A DNA stretch of 64,000 bases from a bacterium (GTDB taxonomy: Bacteria > Synergistota > GBS-1): the NCBI GenBank assembly GCA_030153785.1, contig JASKLF010000002.1:38565-102564 (forward strand), given 5' to 3'. Numbering within the stretch: the stretch's first letter is position 1; every line of letters begins with the position of its first letter. The translations under genes were made by a program, and so were the position numbers. This document shows positions 29,206 to 38,032 of this stretch, piece by piece. The notes under the pieces are model-generated. The model was given only the letters and a program-made list of their open reading frames with translations, was not told where the DNA came from and did not search any database.

Positions 29206-29949
29206 TTAAGGAATGGATAAAGCACATGGATAGGTTATACATTTACCACATATATCGGTTTTAGGCAAGTCACCATGATAAAGATCGTTTTCAAGACAAT
29301 GCTTATAACAAGAAAACCTGTCAAAGCCATCGATCTTAAGAGCTCCCACGGGACATTTCTCTATACATAAGCCACAAGTCCCTTCCCTTTTAAACAAACA
29401 GGCTTCCTCAGTAAACTTTTCATCGGGATCGAGAATTGCATCGGTAACAAAGGAATTCAGTCTCCCCCCACAACCTTCTTCCGTAATAAGCATGTTATTT
29501 ATGCCAAAGGTTCCCATTCCTGCTATAAATCCTACATGTCTATGAGACCAATAACTAATAAGCTTCTCCTCATCGAAATTATGAGTAGGTTTAACGGAAA
29601 TTCCGGTATAACCGTGCTCCTTTAAAAATCCTAACATTTCAAGAGAGAGTTCATAAAGAAAAGCGTTTGTTTCCACGTAAGCTATAGCCCACTCTCTTGA
29701 AGAATAATATCCTCTCTGATTACTTTCTATTACATCCTCTGTAAAGGGAAGAAAGGAAACAACAACACTTTTTGCCCCCTCAAAGATCTCCCAAGGCATA
29801 AGGTGACTAGGAAAGTTTTCCTTCAACTTTAACCACATAGGATCACTAACAGATGCAACCTTCAAAATTGGTCTTCTGTATCTTGTTGCACCCTTCCAGC
29901 CCTTAACTTTCGCTTCCAATAAATCTTTTAATTTTTGCTTTAAATTCAA
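29206..29949 (-). CDS. 4Fe-4S protein of the epoxyqueuosine reductase (QueG)/reductive dehalogenase-like superfamily
   Basis: 247 aa. Contains the ferredoxin motif CGLCIEKCPVGAL and a second Cys cluster (C..C...CGKC). Shorter than canonical QueG, so the functional assignment is tentative. TTG start. Confidence 0.55.
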   Translation of the reverse strand: MNLKQKLKDLLEAKVKGWKGATRYRRPILKVASVSDPMWLKLKENFPSHLMPWEIFEGAKSVVVSFLPFTEDVIESNQRGYYSSREWAIAYVETNAFLYELSLEMLGFLKEHGYTGISVKPTHNFDEEKLISYWSHRHVGFIAGMGTFGINNMLITEEGCGGRLNSFVTDAILDPDEKFTEEACLFKREGTCGLCIEKCPVGALKIDGFDRFSCYKHCLENDLYHGDLPKTDICGKCITYPCALSIP

Positions 29950-30021
29950 GGCATAATCCCCCCTTTATGAGGATTATACCACGCAAGCTATGGTAAAATT
30001 ACTCCTCGGAGGTGGTGAAAG

Positions 30022-30486
30022 TTGTTAATTGTTCCAAAGAAAGCAACGCTTGTCATAGGAAAAGGCGAAGGAAAAACACATTTAACTGCTTTTGACAATG
30101 CCCTATTATCAGCAGGAATAGGTAACTATAATCTTCTCAAAGTCAGCAGTATTCTACCTCCTCATGTAGAAATCACGGAAAGTTTCTCCGTCCCCTTAGG
30201 TGCGCTTTTACCAGTAGCATATGGCAGCTTAACAAGCGAGGAACCAGGGCAGAAAATTGCAGCAGCAATTGGAATAGGAATTCCCGCCAATCCTGATGAA
30301 GTAGGGCTTATAATGGAGTTCAGCGGATATTGTTCTGCAAAAGAAGCTATGGAAATTGTTGAAGAAATGGTAAGAGAATCTTTCGACATGAGAGGGCAGG
30401 CGTTAAAAGAAGTAAGAAGCAAAGCTATCGAACATACGGTTGAAAAAATTGGCTGCGTGATAGCAGCCACGGTCCTATGGGGGTAA
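30022..30486 (+). CDS. pdaD: Pyruvoyl-dependent arginine decarboxylase
   Basis: 154 aa. Close pattern match to archaeal PdaD: LTAFDNALLSAGIGNYNLLKVSSILPP (Ser-Ser self-cleavage site) and the C-terminal IEHTVEKIGCV.AA..LW. Confidence 0.9.
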   Translation: MLIVPKKATLVIGKGEGKTHLTAFDNALLSAGIGNYNLLKVSSILPPHVEITESFSVPLGALLPVAYGSLTSEEPGQKIAAAIGIGIPANPDEVGLIMEFSGYCSAKEAMEIVEEMVRESFDMRGQALKEVRSKAIEHTVEKIGCVIAATVLWG

Positions 30487-31310
30487 AGTTTATGGGAGCT
30501 TCTCATAACCTGAGAAGCTCCAAAATCATTTTATGGGGAATACCCCTTGATGAAACTACAAGTTTTCGAAGGGGCACATATTTAGGACCCGAAAGAATAA
30601 GGCAATGTTCCTATGGACTTGAAACTTACTCCCCCGTTTTTGAGAGAGACTTAAGCGAGGTAAAATTCTTTGATGCAGGCGATATTTCGCTTCCAAGAGG
30701 AAAGCTTGAACAAAGCCTTAAAAATATTGAAAAATTTGCATACTCATTCTTAAAACGAAACTTTAAGCTACTTTCGTTAGGAGGAGAACACCTTATTTCA
30801 TTACCCCTAATAAAGGCAGCTTCCTCTGTCTTCCCTGAACTAAGAGTCATACATCTTGACGCTCATGCTGATTTAAGGGGAAAATACCTCGGTAATGAAT
30901 TATCTCATGCAAGCGTAATGAGAAGAGTCTGTGAATTTTTAAAGCCATCAAACCTATACCAGTTTGGAATACGATCCGGATTAAAGGAAGAATTTGATTT
31001 TGGCAAAAAAAACACACGCTTTTACCCCTTCTCCTTAGAAAAGGTGGATAAAGTAATAGACGAGCTCTCTCCCAAACCTGTTTATCTATCTATCGACATA
31101 GATGTAATAGACCCCGCTTTTGCACCAGGGACGGGAACTCCTGAACCCAATGGAATTACGCCTAAAGAACTTTTCAATTTCTTGGAAAAAATAAAATCGC
31201 TCAACCTTATAGCAGTAGATGTGGTTGAAGTATCACCTCCTAACGACACTTCAGACATAACGTCCCTCTTAGGAGCGAAAATCGTTAGGGAAATACTCTT
31301 TCTCCTTTAA
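30477..31310 (+). CDS. speB: Agmatinase / ureohydrolase family (agmatine or N1-aminopropylagmatine ureohydrolase)
   Basis: 277 aa. Mn-binding motifs are GGEH, HLDAHADL and SIDIDVIDPAFAPGTGTPEPNG. The start is ATG 30477 (overlaps the pdaD stop) or ATG 30492. Confidence 0.88.
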   Translation: MGVKFMGASHNLRSSKIILWGIPLDETTSFRRGTYLGPERIRQCSYGLETYSPVFERDLSEVKFFDAGDISLPRGKLEQSLKNIEKFAYSFLKRNFKLLSLGGEHLISLPLIKAASSVFPELRVIHLDAHADLRGKYLGNELSHASVMRRVCEFLKPSNLYQFGIRSGLKEEFDFGKKNTRFYPFSLEKVDKVIDELSPKPVYLSIDIDVIDPAFAPGTGTPEPNGITPKELFNFLEKIKSLNLIAVDVVEVSPPNDTSDITSLLGAKIVREILFLL

Positions 31311-32739
31311 TATAAGTAGCTTTAACCTCTTTAAGGTCCGGGGAGACAACTACGAAATCAGCCCAGGTCCCTTCTTTAATGTCTCCCCGTTCCTTTTCCA
31401 TAAAAACAGCATACGCCCCGTTATAAGTGTAAAGCCTGATAGCCTCATCAAAATCTAACCTTTCATCCTCGTTAGGCAAGGTCATAGCCGCCCTTATCCC
31501 CAAAAGCGGATCCATAGGAGTAACATCGCTATCAGACCCTCCCGCCAATATTAACCCCATTTTCGTCATTGTTTTTAACGGATTGGTTTTCCTCCATCTT
31601 TCCCCCAATCTCGATGCATACATCCCTAGTGGCCCTCCCCATAGTATCTCAAAGAAGGGTTGGACACTTATAATCAAACCAAGCTCCAAAGCCTTTTCTA
31701 TTCCGCCAGGCGGAGGAAGCTCAAAATGTTCAATTCTATGCCTGTGATTATCGCGAGGAAAAGCTTTTAAAAGCTTATCATAACACTTCAAGGTAAGCTC
31801 TATAGCTCTATCACCGATTGCATGAACCGCCAATTGTAAATTTGCATTATGGGCTTTAGAGAAGAAAGCAAAAAGCGCTTCCTCCGTAAAATAAAGTCTG
31901 CCCATGTTGGAGGGATCATCTGCATATGGCTCAAGCAAGGCTGCCGTTCGAGAACCAAAGGATCCATCTATAGTTACGCACCCGCCAATCCTTTTGAAAC
32001 CATATTCCAAGACCTTATCAACATCGGTAAACTGGGGGAATATAACTATCTCTATGGGAAGGCTTTCCTTCATCTCTAAAAGCTTATTAAGAGCCCTGTT
32101 ACTAAACCACTCCCCGCCCTCAAGAGCGTTCACCAAGGTAATCCCCTTAGAAATAGCCAATTCCGTAGCTCTTCTAATACCTTCCTCTATCACCTCATCG
32201 GGAATCATTTCCCAAAACTTGGCTCTCGCAATTTCGTTGGCCTCTGCCCTAAGCCAGCCATAACTAACCCCCTCAACATTCTCGTCAAGTTCTAAAATCT
32301 CCACAGCTTTACTATTAACGAGACAGGAGTGATGGTCTATCCTCAAGAGCATCACAGGATTATTAGGAGCGACATCATCTAAGTCTGCTCTTGAAGGAAT
32401 GGCCTTATCTTGGAAGGAACTTTCATCCCAACCTATACCCCAAATCCATTCTCCACGATCCCTTTTTAATACTGCCTCTCTAACTAAGCCCAAAAGCTCA
32501 TCCTTGCTTTTTACAAACTTCAGGTCCAAAGCCAAGGAGTCCACTCCCGTAGCCGTAAAATGAGCATGTGAGTCAACAAAACCAGGGAAAATATAGCTAT
32601 CTCCCCAGTCTACAATTTCAAAAAATGAACCCTCCTCGAAAGGAGGGTTCATGCCAATCCACCTTATCCTTTCATCACCTACCACAAAAGCCTTGTACTC
32701 TCCCCTTGTAGTCCAAACCCTTCCTTTAAAAAGTTTCAA
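31285..32739 (-). CDS. Metal-dependent amidohydrolase (Amidohydro_3-like)
   Basis: 484 aa. Motifs are GFVDSHAHF (HxH), an internal HAIGD, and C-terminal GSD. TTG start. The 3' end overlaps speB convergently by 26 nt. Confidence 0.75.
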   Translation of the reverse strand: MKLFKGRVWTTRGEYKAFVVGDERIRWIGMNPPFEEGSFFEIVDWGDSYIFPGFVDSHAHFTATGVDSLALDLKFVKSKDELLGLVREAVLKRDRGEWIWGIGWDESSFQDKAIPSRADLDDVAPNNPVMLLRIDHHSCLVNSKAVEILELDENVEGVSYGWLRAEANEIARAKFWEMIPDEVIEEGIRRATELAISKGITLVNALEGGEWFSNRALNKLLEMKESLPIEIVIFPQFTDVDKVLEYGFKRIGGCVTIDGSFGSRTAALLEPYADDPSNMGRLYFTEEALFAFFSKAHNANLQLAVHAIGDRAIELTLKCYDKLLKAFPRDNHRHRIEHFELPPPGGIEKALELGLIISVQPFFEILWGGPLGMYASRLGERWRKTNPLKTMTKMGLILAGGSDSDVTPMDPLLGIRAAMTLPNEDERLDFDEAIRLYTYNGAYAVFMEKERGDIKEGTWADFVVVSPDLKEVKATYIKGERVFP

Positions 32740-32742
32740 CGA

Positions 32743-33552
32743 CTACACCTCCTCATAAAGAGTAAAGTTTAGAACTGCCCTATGAAGATGAGGAGAGTAA
32801 ATTTTAGTTTCCACCGCCGTATCTTTTCTAAAATTCATTGGGTCAACTCTCTTGGAACCCATGGAAAATGTCCATAAACCTCCAGGATATGTAGGGACTA
32901 CCGTCCAATATAGGGTATGATACTTAAAGAGTTCAGAAAGATATCCTTGAACTCTTCTTATCACATTTCCCATGATATATGGGTTTTCCGTCTGAGAACA
33001 GCAGACGCCATCCTCTCCAAGGATGCAGGAAACCGAGAGGAAAAAGTCTCTACTAAATAGTAGTTCAGCAAAGTCGTAAGGATCCGTTGAGTCAACCAAA
33101 GCTACATCGAATTTTTCTTTCGTTTCCTTGACATATTTAACCCCATCTTCGTATAGAATCTCAAGACGAGGATCTTCTAAAGCACAAGATATCTTGGGGA
33201 AAAACTCCTTACAAATTTCAACTACCCTTTTATCTATCTCAACCATGGTTACCTTCTCAACACCAGGGTGCTTTAAAACTTCCCTTGCCGTTCCTCCATC
33301 CCCTCCTCCTATGATTAAAACCCTCTTAGGAGAAGGATGCGTGAACATGGGGACATGTACAAGCATTTCATGATAGAAAACTTCATCCTTTTCTGTGACC
33401 TGAATCGCACCATTCAATACCAGTGCCTTGCCATAGCTTTCTGTTAAAACCACAGCTATTTCCTGAAAATCGCTTTTTTCATAATGTAGAACTTGTAAGA
33501 CCTTAACATCACAAGCTTGGCCCTCCACCTTGTCATGTAGCCACAATTCCAT
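32743..33552 (-). CDS. speE: Spermidine synthase / aminopropyltransferase
   Basis: 269 aa. Motifs are LVLNG..Q..E.DE..YHEML, VLIIGGGDGG..REVLKH and DSTDP. Confidence 0.9.
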   Translation of the reverse strand: MELWLHDKVEGQACDVKVLQVLHYEKSDFQEIAVVLTESYGKALVLNGAIQVTEKDEVFYHEMLVHVPMFTHPSPKRVLIIGGGDGGTAREVLKHPGVEKVTMVEIDKRVVEICKEFFPKISCALEDPRLEILYEDGVKYVKETKEKFDVALVDSTDPYDFAELLFSRDFFLSVSCILGEDGVCCSQTENPYIMGNVIRRVQGYLSELFKYHTLYWTVVPTYPGGLWTFSMGSKRVDPMNFRKDTAVETKIYSPHLHRAVLNFTLYEEV

Positions 33553-33566
33553 ATCCTTTCCACCCC

Positions 33567-34625
33567 TTACCGAGAAATGAGTGTTAATCTTTTAAACAAT
33601 TTCTCCTTTTCACTTCTTGCCAACTCTGCCCTCCTAACTATACTTTCAAGTATTTGTATAGTCTTACTGTAGGTCTCCCTGTCCACAGGATATGGATAAC
33701 CATCTTTTCCTCCATGAGCATAAGTGTATCTTACAGGATCCCTATAGCTCGGGGCTTTTCCTGTCAAAAGTTCTGCCGTTAAAGAGAGAGCTCTCAATGT
33801 TTTTGCCCCCAACCCCTTTACAAGGAGAAGCTCCTCGAAATCGGCCGGCTTATATTCCTTCAGCTCCTCAAACTTTCTTAGAAATCTGTTTAAATCCATC
33901 TGGGAAAAGCTAATGATAGGGTTATCCCTTCCCAAAAACATTCTCCTTATTTCCTTAAAGCTTAACTCCTTTACCATCTCTAAGGTAGCATTTCTATTAG
34001 CCGCGCTCTCCGAAGCTACAAGATTTAGAACCTTGTCATGCTTGATAGGAGAAGCTATTCCAGAATGAGGCTCGTTAACAAAGCTTCCGATCCCTATAGA
34101 AAGCCAATGATACCTCCTCGCGTACATTAACTCCAGGTTCATCCCTTGCTGCACAACAGCCCAATTCCCTTTGCTGTCAAAGAAAATCATATGCTGGTAT
34201 AGCGAATATCCATCCTGTAAAGCTACATTGTCAACCTTCGCCGATAACCTGCTAGCCAAAACCAAAGATTCACCATCGATCCCTAATATTCCAGACCAGT
34301 AGGTCACCTCCTCCGGAGTTTTAAGGGCCCTTTGACCTTTTCCTCCAGCAGCAAAAAATCCTAAAGACTTCTCCTTGCCACGAATACCCTCCTTTATAGC
34401 CGCACAAACGGTTGTAGTAAGACCGCTGGAATGCCAATCGAAACCCAAAAGACATCCAAATGATTGAAACCAAAAAGGATCGGACAGCCTACGCAAAAGC
34501 TCCTCTGTCCCATAAAGTCCTATAATAGCTTCTATCAAAAGCGAAGAAAGTTTTTTCATTTTTTCCAAAAGCCACCGTGGAGCTTTACCATCGTGAAGAG
34601 GAAGAAAAGCCTCTCCCGATTTCAA
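33567..34625 (-). CDS. DUF763-family protein (function unknown)
   Basis: 352 aa. The N-terminal LPLHDGKAPRWL...DPFWFQSFGCLLGFDWHSSGLTTT pattern matches my recollection of DUF763 proteins. Confidence 0.6.
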   Translation of the reverse strand: MKSGEAFLPLHDGKAPRWLLEKMKKLSSLLIEAIIGLYGTEELLRRLSDPFWFQSFGCLLGFDWHSSGLTTTVCAAIKEGIRGKEKSLGFFAAGGKGQRALKTPEEVTYWSGILGIDGESLVLASRLSAKVDNVALQDGYSLYQHMIFFDSKGNWAVVQQGMNLELMYARRYHWLSIGIGSFVNEPHSGIASPIKHDKVLNLVASESAANRNATLEMVKELSFKEIRRMFLGRDNPIISFSQMDLNRFLRKFEELKEYKPADFEELLLVKGLGAKTLRALSLTAELLTGKAPSYRDPVRYTYAHGGKDGYPYPVDRETYSKTIQILESIVRRAELARSEKEKLFKRLTLISR

Positions 34626-34637
34626 AATCGCACCTCC

Positions 34638-35615
34638 CTATACGAGGTGGCAAGCAACTTTATGTCCACCACCAACATCTTTAAGCTCCGGTTCAACCTC
34701 AGCACAAATCTGAGTGGCAAAAGAGCACCGTGGATGAAACCTACACCCCTTAGCTGGATCCATCGGATTAGGCGGCTCCCCTTTAAGAACGTTTCTTTTG
34801 CTACGCATCTTAGGATTGGGAACGGGAATAGAACTCAATAGAGCTTTAGTATAGGGATGTAAAGCCTCCTCAAAAAGCTCCCTTTTGGGAGCCTCTTCAA
34901 CAAGCTTTCCAAGATACATTACCCCTACTCTATCACTCATGTATTTTATCACAGAAAGGTCATGAGAAATAAAAAGATAAGTCAAACCTAATTCCTCCCT
35001 TAAATCCTTAAGAAGATTTAAAACCTGCGCCTGAACCGAAACATCAAGAGCCGATACAGGTTCATCGCAAACCATGAAAGAAGGCCTTAAGGCCAGAGCC
35101 CGAGCAATAGCTATTCTTTGTCGCTGTCCCCCGGAAAACTCGTGAGGATATCTATCTAAACACTCCCTACTTAAACCAACCTTTTCTAAAACTTCTGCTG
35201 CAATATCATAAGCTTCTCTTTTGCCTTCCACAATACCATGAACTAATAAGCCCTCAGATATTATATCCTTTACCTTAAACCTAGGATTAAGGGAGCTATA
35301 AGGGTCTTGAAAAACTATTTGCATAAACTTCTTTAAGCTGTTTTTCTCTGCACCGTTTAGAGAAGAGAGTCTTAAAACTTTACCCTCTTTATGGATAAAA
35401 ATCTCCCCTTCATTTAACGCAACGAGGCCAACCAATGCCAACCCCAAAGTGGTTTTGCCACAACCTGACTCTCCCACAAGCCCATAAACTTCTCCCCTCT
35501 CTATAGAAAATGTGACACCATCAACAGCCTTTACCCACCCAACTCTTCTTCTAAAAATCCCTCTCAAGACAGGGAAATATTTTTTCACATTCTCTAATTC
35601 TATGATATAATTCAC
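34638..35615 (-). CDS. ABC transporter ATP-binding protein, OppF/DppF type (no cognate permease or binding protein nearby)
   Basis: 325 aa. Walker A is GESGCGKTT, signature FSGGQRQRIAIARAL, Walker B MVCDEPVSALD, and a C-terminal oligopeptide-type extension (HPYTKALLSS.P...CRFHPRC). Confidence 0.85.
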   Translation of the reverse strand: MNYIIELENVKKYFPVLRGIFRRRVGWVKAVDGVTFSIERGEVYGLVGESGCGKTTLGLALVGLVALNEGEIFIHKEGKVLRLSSLNGAEKNSLKKFMQIVFQDPYSSLNPRFKVKDIISEGLLVHGIVEGKREAYDIAAEVLEKVGLSRECLDRYPHEFSGGQRQRIAIARALALRPSFMVCDEPVSALDVSVQAQVLNLLKDLREELGLTYLFISHDLSVIKYMSDRVGVMYLGKLVEEAPKRELFEEALHPYTKALLSSIPVPNPKMRSKRNVLKGEPPNPMDPAKGCRFHPRCSFATQICAEVEPELKDVGGGHKVACHLV

Positions 35616-35698
35616 AAAGGACTACCTCCCACGCCAAGCACTTATGACTTCTATAAATAATATCACTTTCTCCTCGAGAATAGAAGGAGGCATAAGCC

Positions 35699-36178
35699 AT
35701 GGAAATAAGAACATTGAAAGAAGAAGAATTTAGTAAGCTCTTATCAAAACTATGCTCAATCTATATGGAAGCCTATAAAGAACTTCCAAACTACGGTTAC
35801 CAGAATAAAAGCGAAACTAAAAGATATCTTAAGTGGCTTTATAGAGGAGACCCCGAGGGCTTTCTCGTAGCCTTCAAAGACTCTGAGCCTATAGGTTTTA
35901 TTTCTTGCCATAGCAATTGGTGGGACTCAAAGCTCGAAAAGGTCGTCGGAGAAATCCATGAATTCGTAGTTTCTCCATCATTTCAAGGAAAGGGAATAGG
36001 AAGCAAGCTATTTGAGGAAAGCATAAAATACTTACGAAATAAGGGAAGAAATACAGTAGGATTGTGGGTTGGAGAAGAAAACGATAAAGCACGTAGATCT
36101 TACGAAAAGAGAGGCTTTAGGTATGCTGGCAATTGGGGGAAATGGAGGAGGATGATCAAGGAATATGAAATTGATTGA
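35699..36178 (+). CDS. GNAT-family N-acetyltransferase
   Basis: 159 aa. Acetyl-CoA motif is VVSPSFQGKGIGSKLFEE. Confidence 0.8.
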   Translation: MEIRTLKEEEFSKLLSKLCSIYMEAYKELPNYGYQNKSETKRYLKWLYRGDPEGFLVAFKDSEPIGFISCHSNWWDSKLEKVVGEIHEFVVSPSFQGKGIGSKLFEESIKYLRNKGRNTVGLWVGEENDKARRSYEKRGFRYAGNWGKWRRMIKEYEID

Positions 36179-37214
36179 AATACTCGAAGAACTAATACGC
36201 ATCGAAAGTGTGACTGGAAACGAAGGGAAACTACAAGAGTGGCTTAAAAAATACTTAGAACAACGCGGTTTTGAAGTAAAATTACAAGAAGTATTACCCC
36301 ACAGACCCAATCTATACGCCCAAAGGGGATCCTCAAATATGCTTATTGCCACGCATGCAGACACGGTACCAGCATGGGAACATCCTTACGCATTCCTTCC
36401 CTTTCAAAAAGATGGCAGAGTTTATGGAAGAGGCGCCATAGACACAAAAGGACAAATAGCTTCTCTCCTTAAAGCCATAGATGAATGTGACTATCCCTGC
36501 GAAATAGCCATTTTTGTAGACGAAGAAAAAGATGGTAGAGGATCAGAAAGCTTTGTTCCCCCAAAGCGTTATGACTTCGCCATAGTCCTTGAACCTACAG
36601 AGCTGAAAGTAGCTTATGGAGAAATGGGAGGGATAAGCTTAGAAATAGAAGTAAAGGGAAAGTTTGCCCACGGGTCTACTCCTTACGCTGGCAAAAACGC
36701 CATAGAGGAAGCCTTAGACTTATACCAGAAGATTAAAGAAATAGCATTATCTCAAGAGAAGAGCCCCTGTTCATCTTTAAACCCCTGGATTAATCTTGGT
36801 AAAATAGAGGGAGGGCGAGACAGTTACGTTGTTCCAGACTACTGTAGGATCGCAATAGAAATAGGCATTCTACCAGGAAATAGAGCCATCGATGTTTTTG
36901 AGAAAATCTCACCACTTCTAAAAGAGAAAAACTATCATCTAAAAGACATTGACGACCCAATAGAGATAGAAAAAGACAATCCAATCTTAGAGCTTATAGC
37001 CTCTATATATGATGAAATCGGTTTAAAGTTTGAAAAAACTTTCTTTCCCTCCTGGAGCGATGCACATAATCTCGCCACAAAAGGAATTCCCTCTCTCATC
37101 CTCGGCGCAGGAAAACTGGAGCTTGCCCACACTCCAAGCGAATTCGTAGATTTAAAAGAGCTTGAACAATTAAAGGAAATAATTAAAGCCCTTCTACGCT
37201 TAACTCAAACTTGA
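36165..37214 (+). CDS. M20-family peptidase/deacetylase (ArgE/DapE-like)
   Basis: 349 aa. Motifs are ATHADTVP, GRGAIDTKG and VDEEKDGRGS. Overlaps the GNAT gene by 14 nt. Confidence 0.8.
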   Translation: MKLIEILEELIRIESVTGNEGKLQEWLKKYLEQRGFEVKLQEVLPHRPNLYAQRGSSNMLIATHADTVPAWEHPYAFLPFQKDGRVYGRGAIDTKGQIASLLKAIDECDYPCEIAIFVDEEKDGRGSESFVPPKRYDFAIVLEPTELKVAYGEMGGISLEIEVKGKFAHGSTPYAGKNAIEEALDLYQKIKEIALSQEKSPCSSLNPWINLGKIEGGRDSYVVPDYCRIAIEIGILPGNRAIDVFEKISPLLKEKNYHLKDIDDPIEIEKDNPILELIASIYDEIGLKFEKTFFPSWSDAHNLATKGIPSLILGAGKLELAHTPSEFVDLKELEQLKEIIKALLRLTQT

Positions 37215-38011
37215 CAATTGGGACAAAAATACGTGCCTCTTCCCCCCACCTCGATTCTAACTATTTTTGCCCCACAGCGAGGACATGGCTCTCCTTGCCT
37301 TCCGTGAACCTTTATAAACTTATCGAATCCCCCTACTTCCTCATCATCTGAGAAAAGAGAGGTATACTCACTCATGCCTTTGTGGTTTAAAGCTTCTTTT
37401 AAAACATCCTTTACAGAAAGATAAAGCCTTTCCAATTCGGAGGGAGATAAGGTTTTTGCCTTTCTTTCAGGATGAATTCCGGCCCTAAACAAAATTTCGT
37501 CAGCATATACATTTCCTATGCCAGCAATGAACGATTGGTCCATAAGTATAGCTTTCACCGTCTTTGAGCTCTTTGATAAACCCTCCTTAAAAAAATCAAA
37601 ACTAAAATCTTCATTCAAAGGTTCAGGGCCCATATTAGCTATAGCCTTTATCTCGCTCAAATCCTTCACAAGATCCAAAGTTGCCATCCTCCTTGGGTCG
37701 CCAAAAAACAAGCTATTTCCCGTATCAAATTTAATCTCAATCCATGGATTTTTGAGATCTCCACTATCCAAACCGTAAACGAGTTTTCCTTTAAGTCTGA
37801 GATGAAAGACAAGCTTGCTTCCAGAAGAAAGCTCTAAATAGAGATGTTTGCCCCTTCTTCCCACATCTAAGACAGTATCCCCAACTATTAGCTCAGCCCT
37901 AACTCCCTTAAGTCTTGAATCGTCATATATTTTTACCTCTTCTATTTTGCTTCCCTCTAAAAGCCTTTTTAATTTTCTCCTTAAAACTTCAACTTCAGGA
38001 AGTTCCGGCAT
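37205..38011 (-). CDS. mutM: Formamidopyrimidine-DNA glycosylase
   Basis: Start chosen at ATG 38011 so that the catalytic N-terminal Pro follows Met (MPELPEVE); GGAGGT lies 7 nt upstream. C-terminal zinc finger is CPRCG...GGRGTYFCPNCQ. Confidence 0.9.
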   Translation of the reverse strand: MPELPEVEVLRRKLKRLLEGSKIEEVKIYDDSRLKGVRAELIVGDTVLDVGRRGKHLYLELSSGSKLVFHLRLKGKLVYGLDSGDLKNPWIEIKFDTGNSLFFGDPRRMATLDLVKDLSEIKAIANMGPEPLNEDFSFDFFKEGLSKSSKTVKAILMDQSFIAGIGNVYADEILFRAGIHPERKAKTLSPSELERLYLSVKDVLKEALNHKGMSEYTSLFSDDEEVGGFDKFIKVHGRQGEPCPRCGAKIVRIEVGGRGTYFCPNCQV

Positions 38012-38032
38012 CACTAATACCTCCAACCTAAT

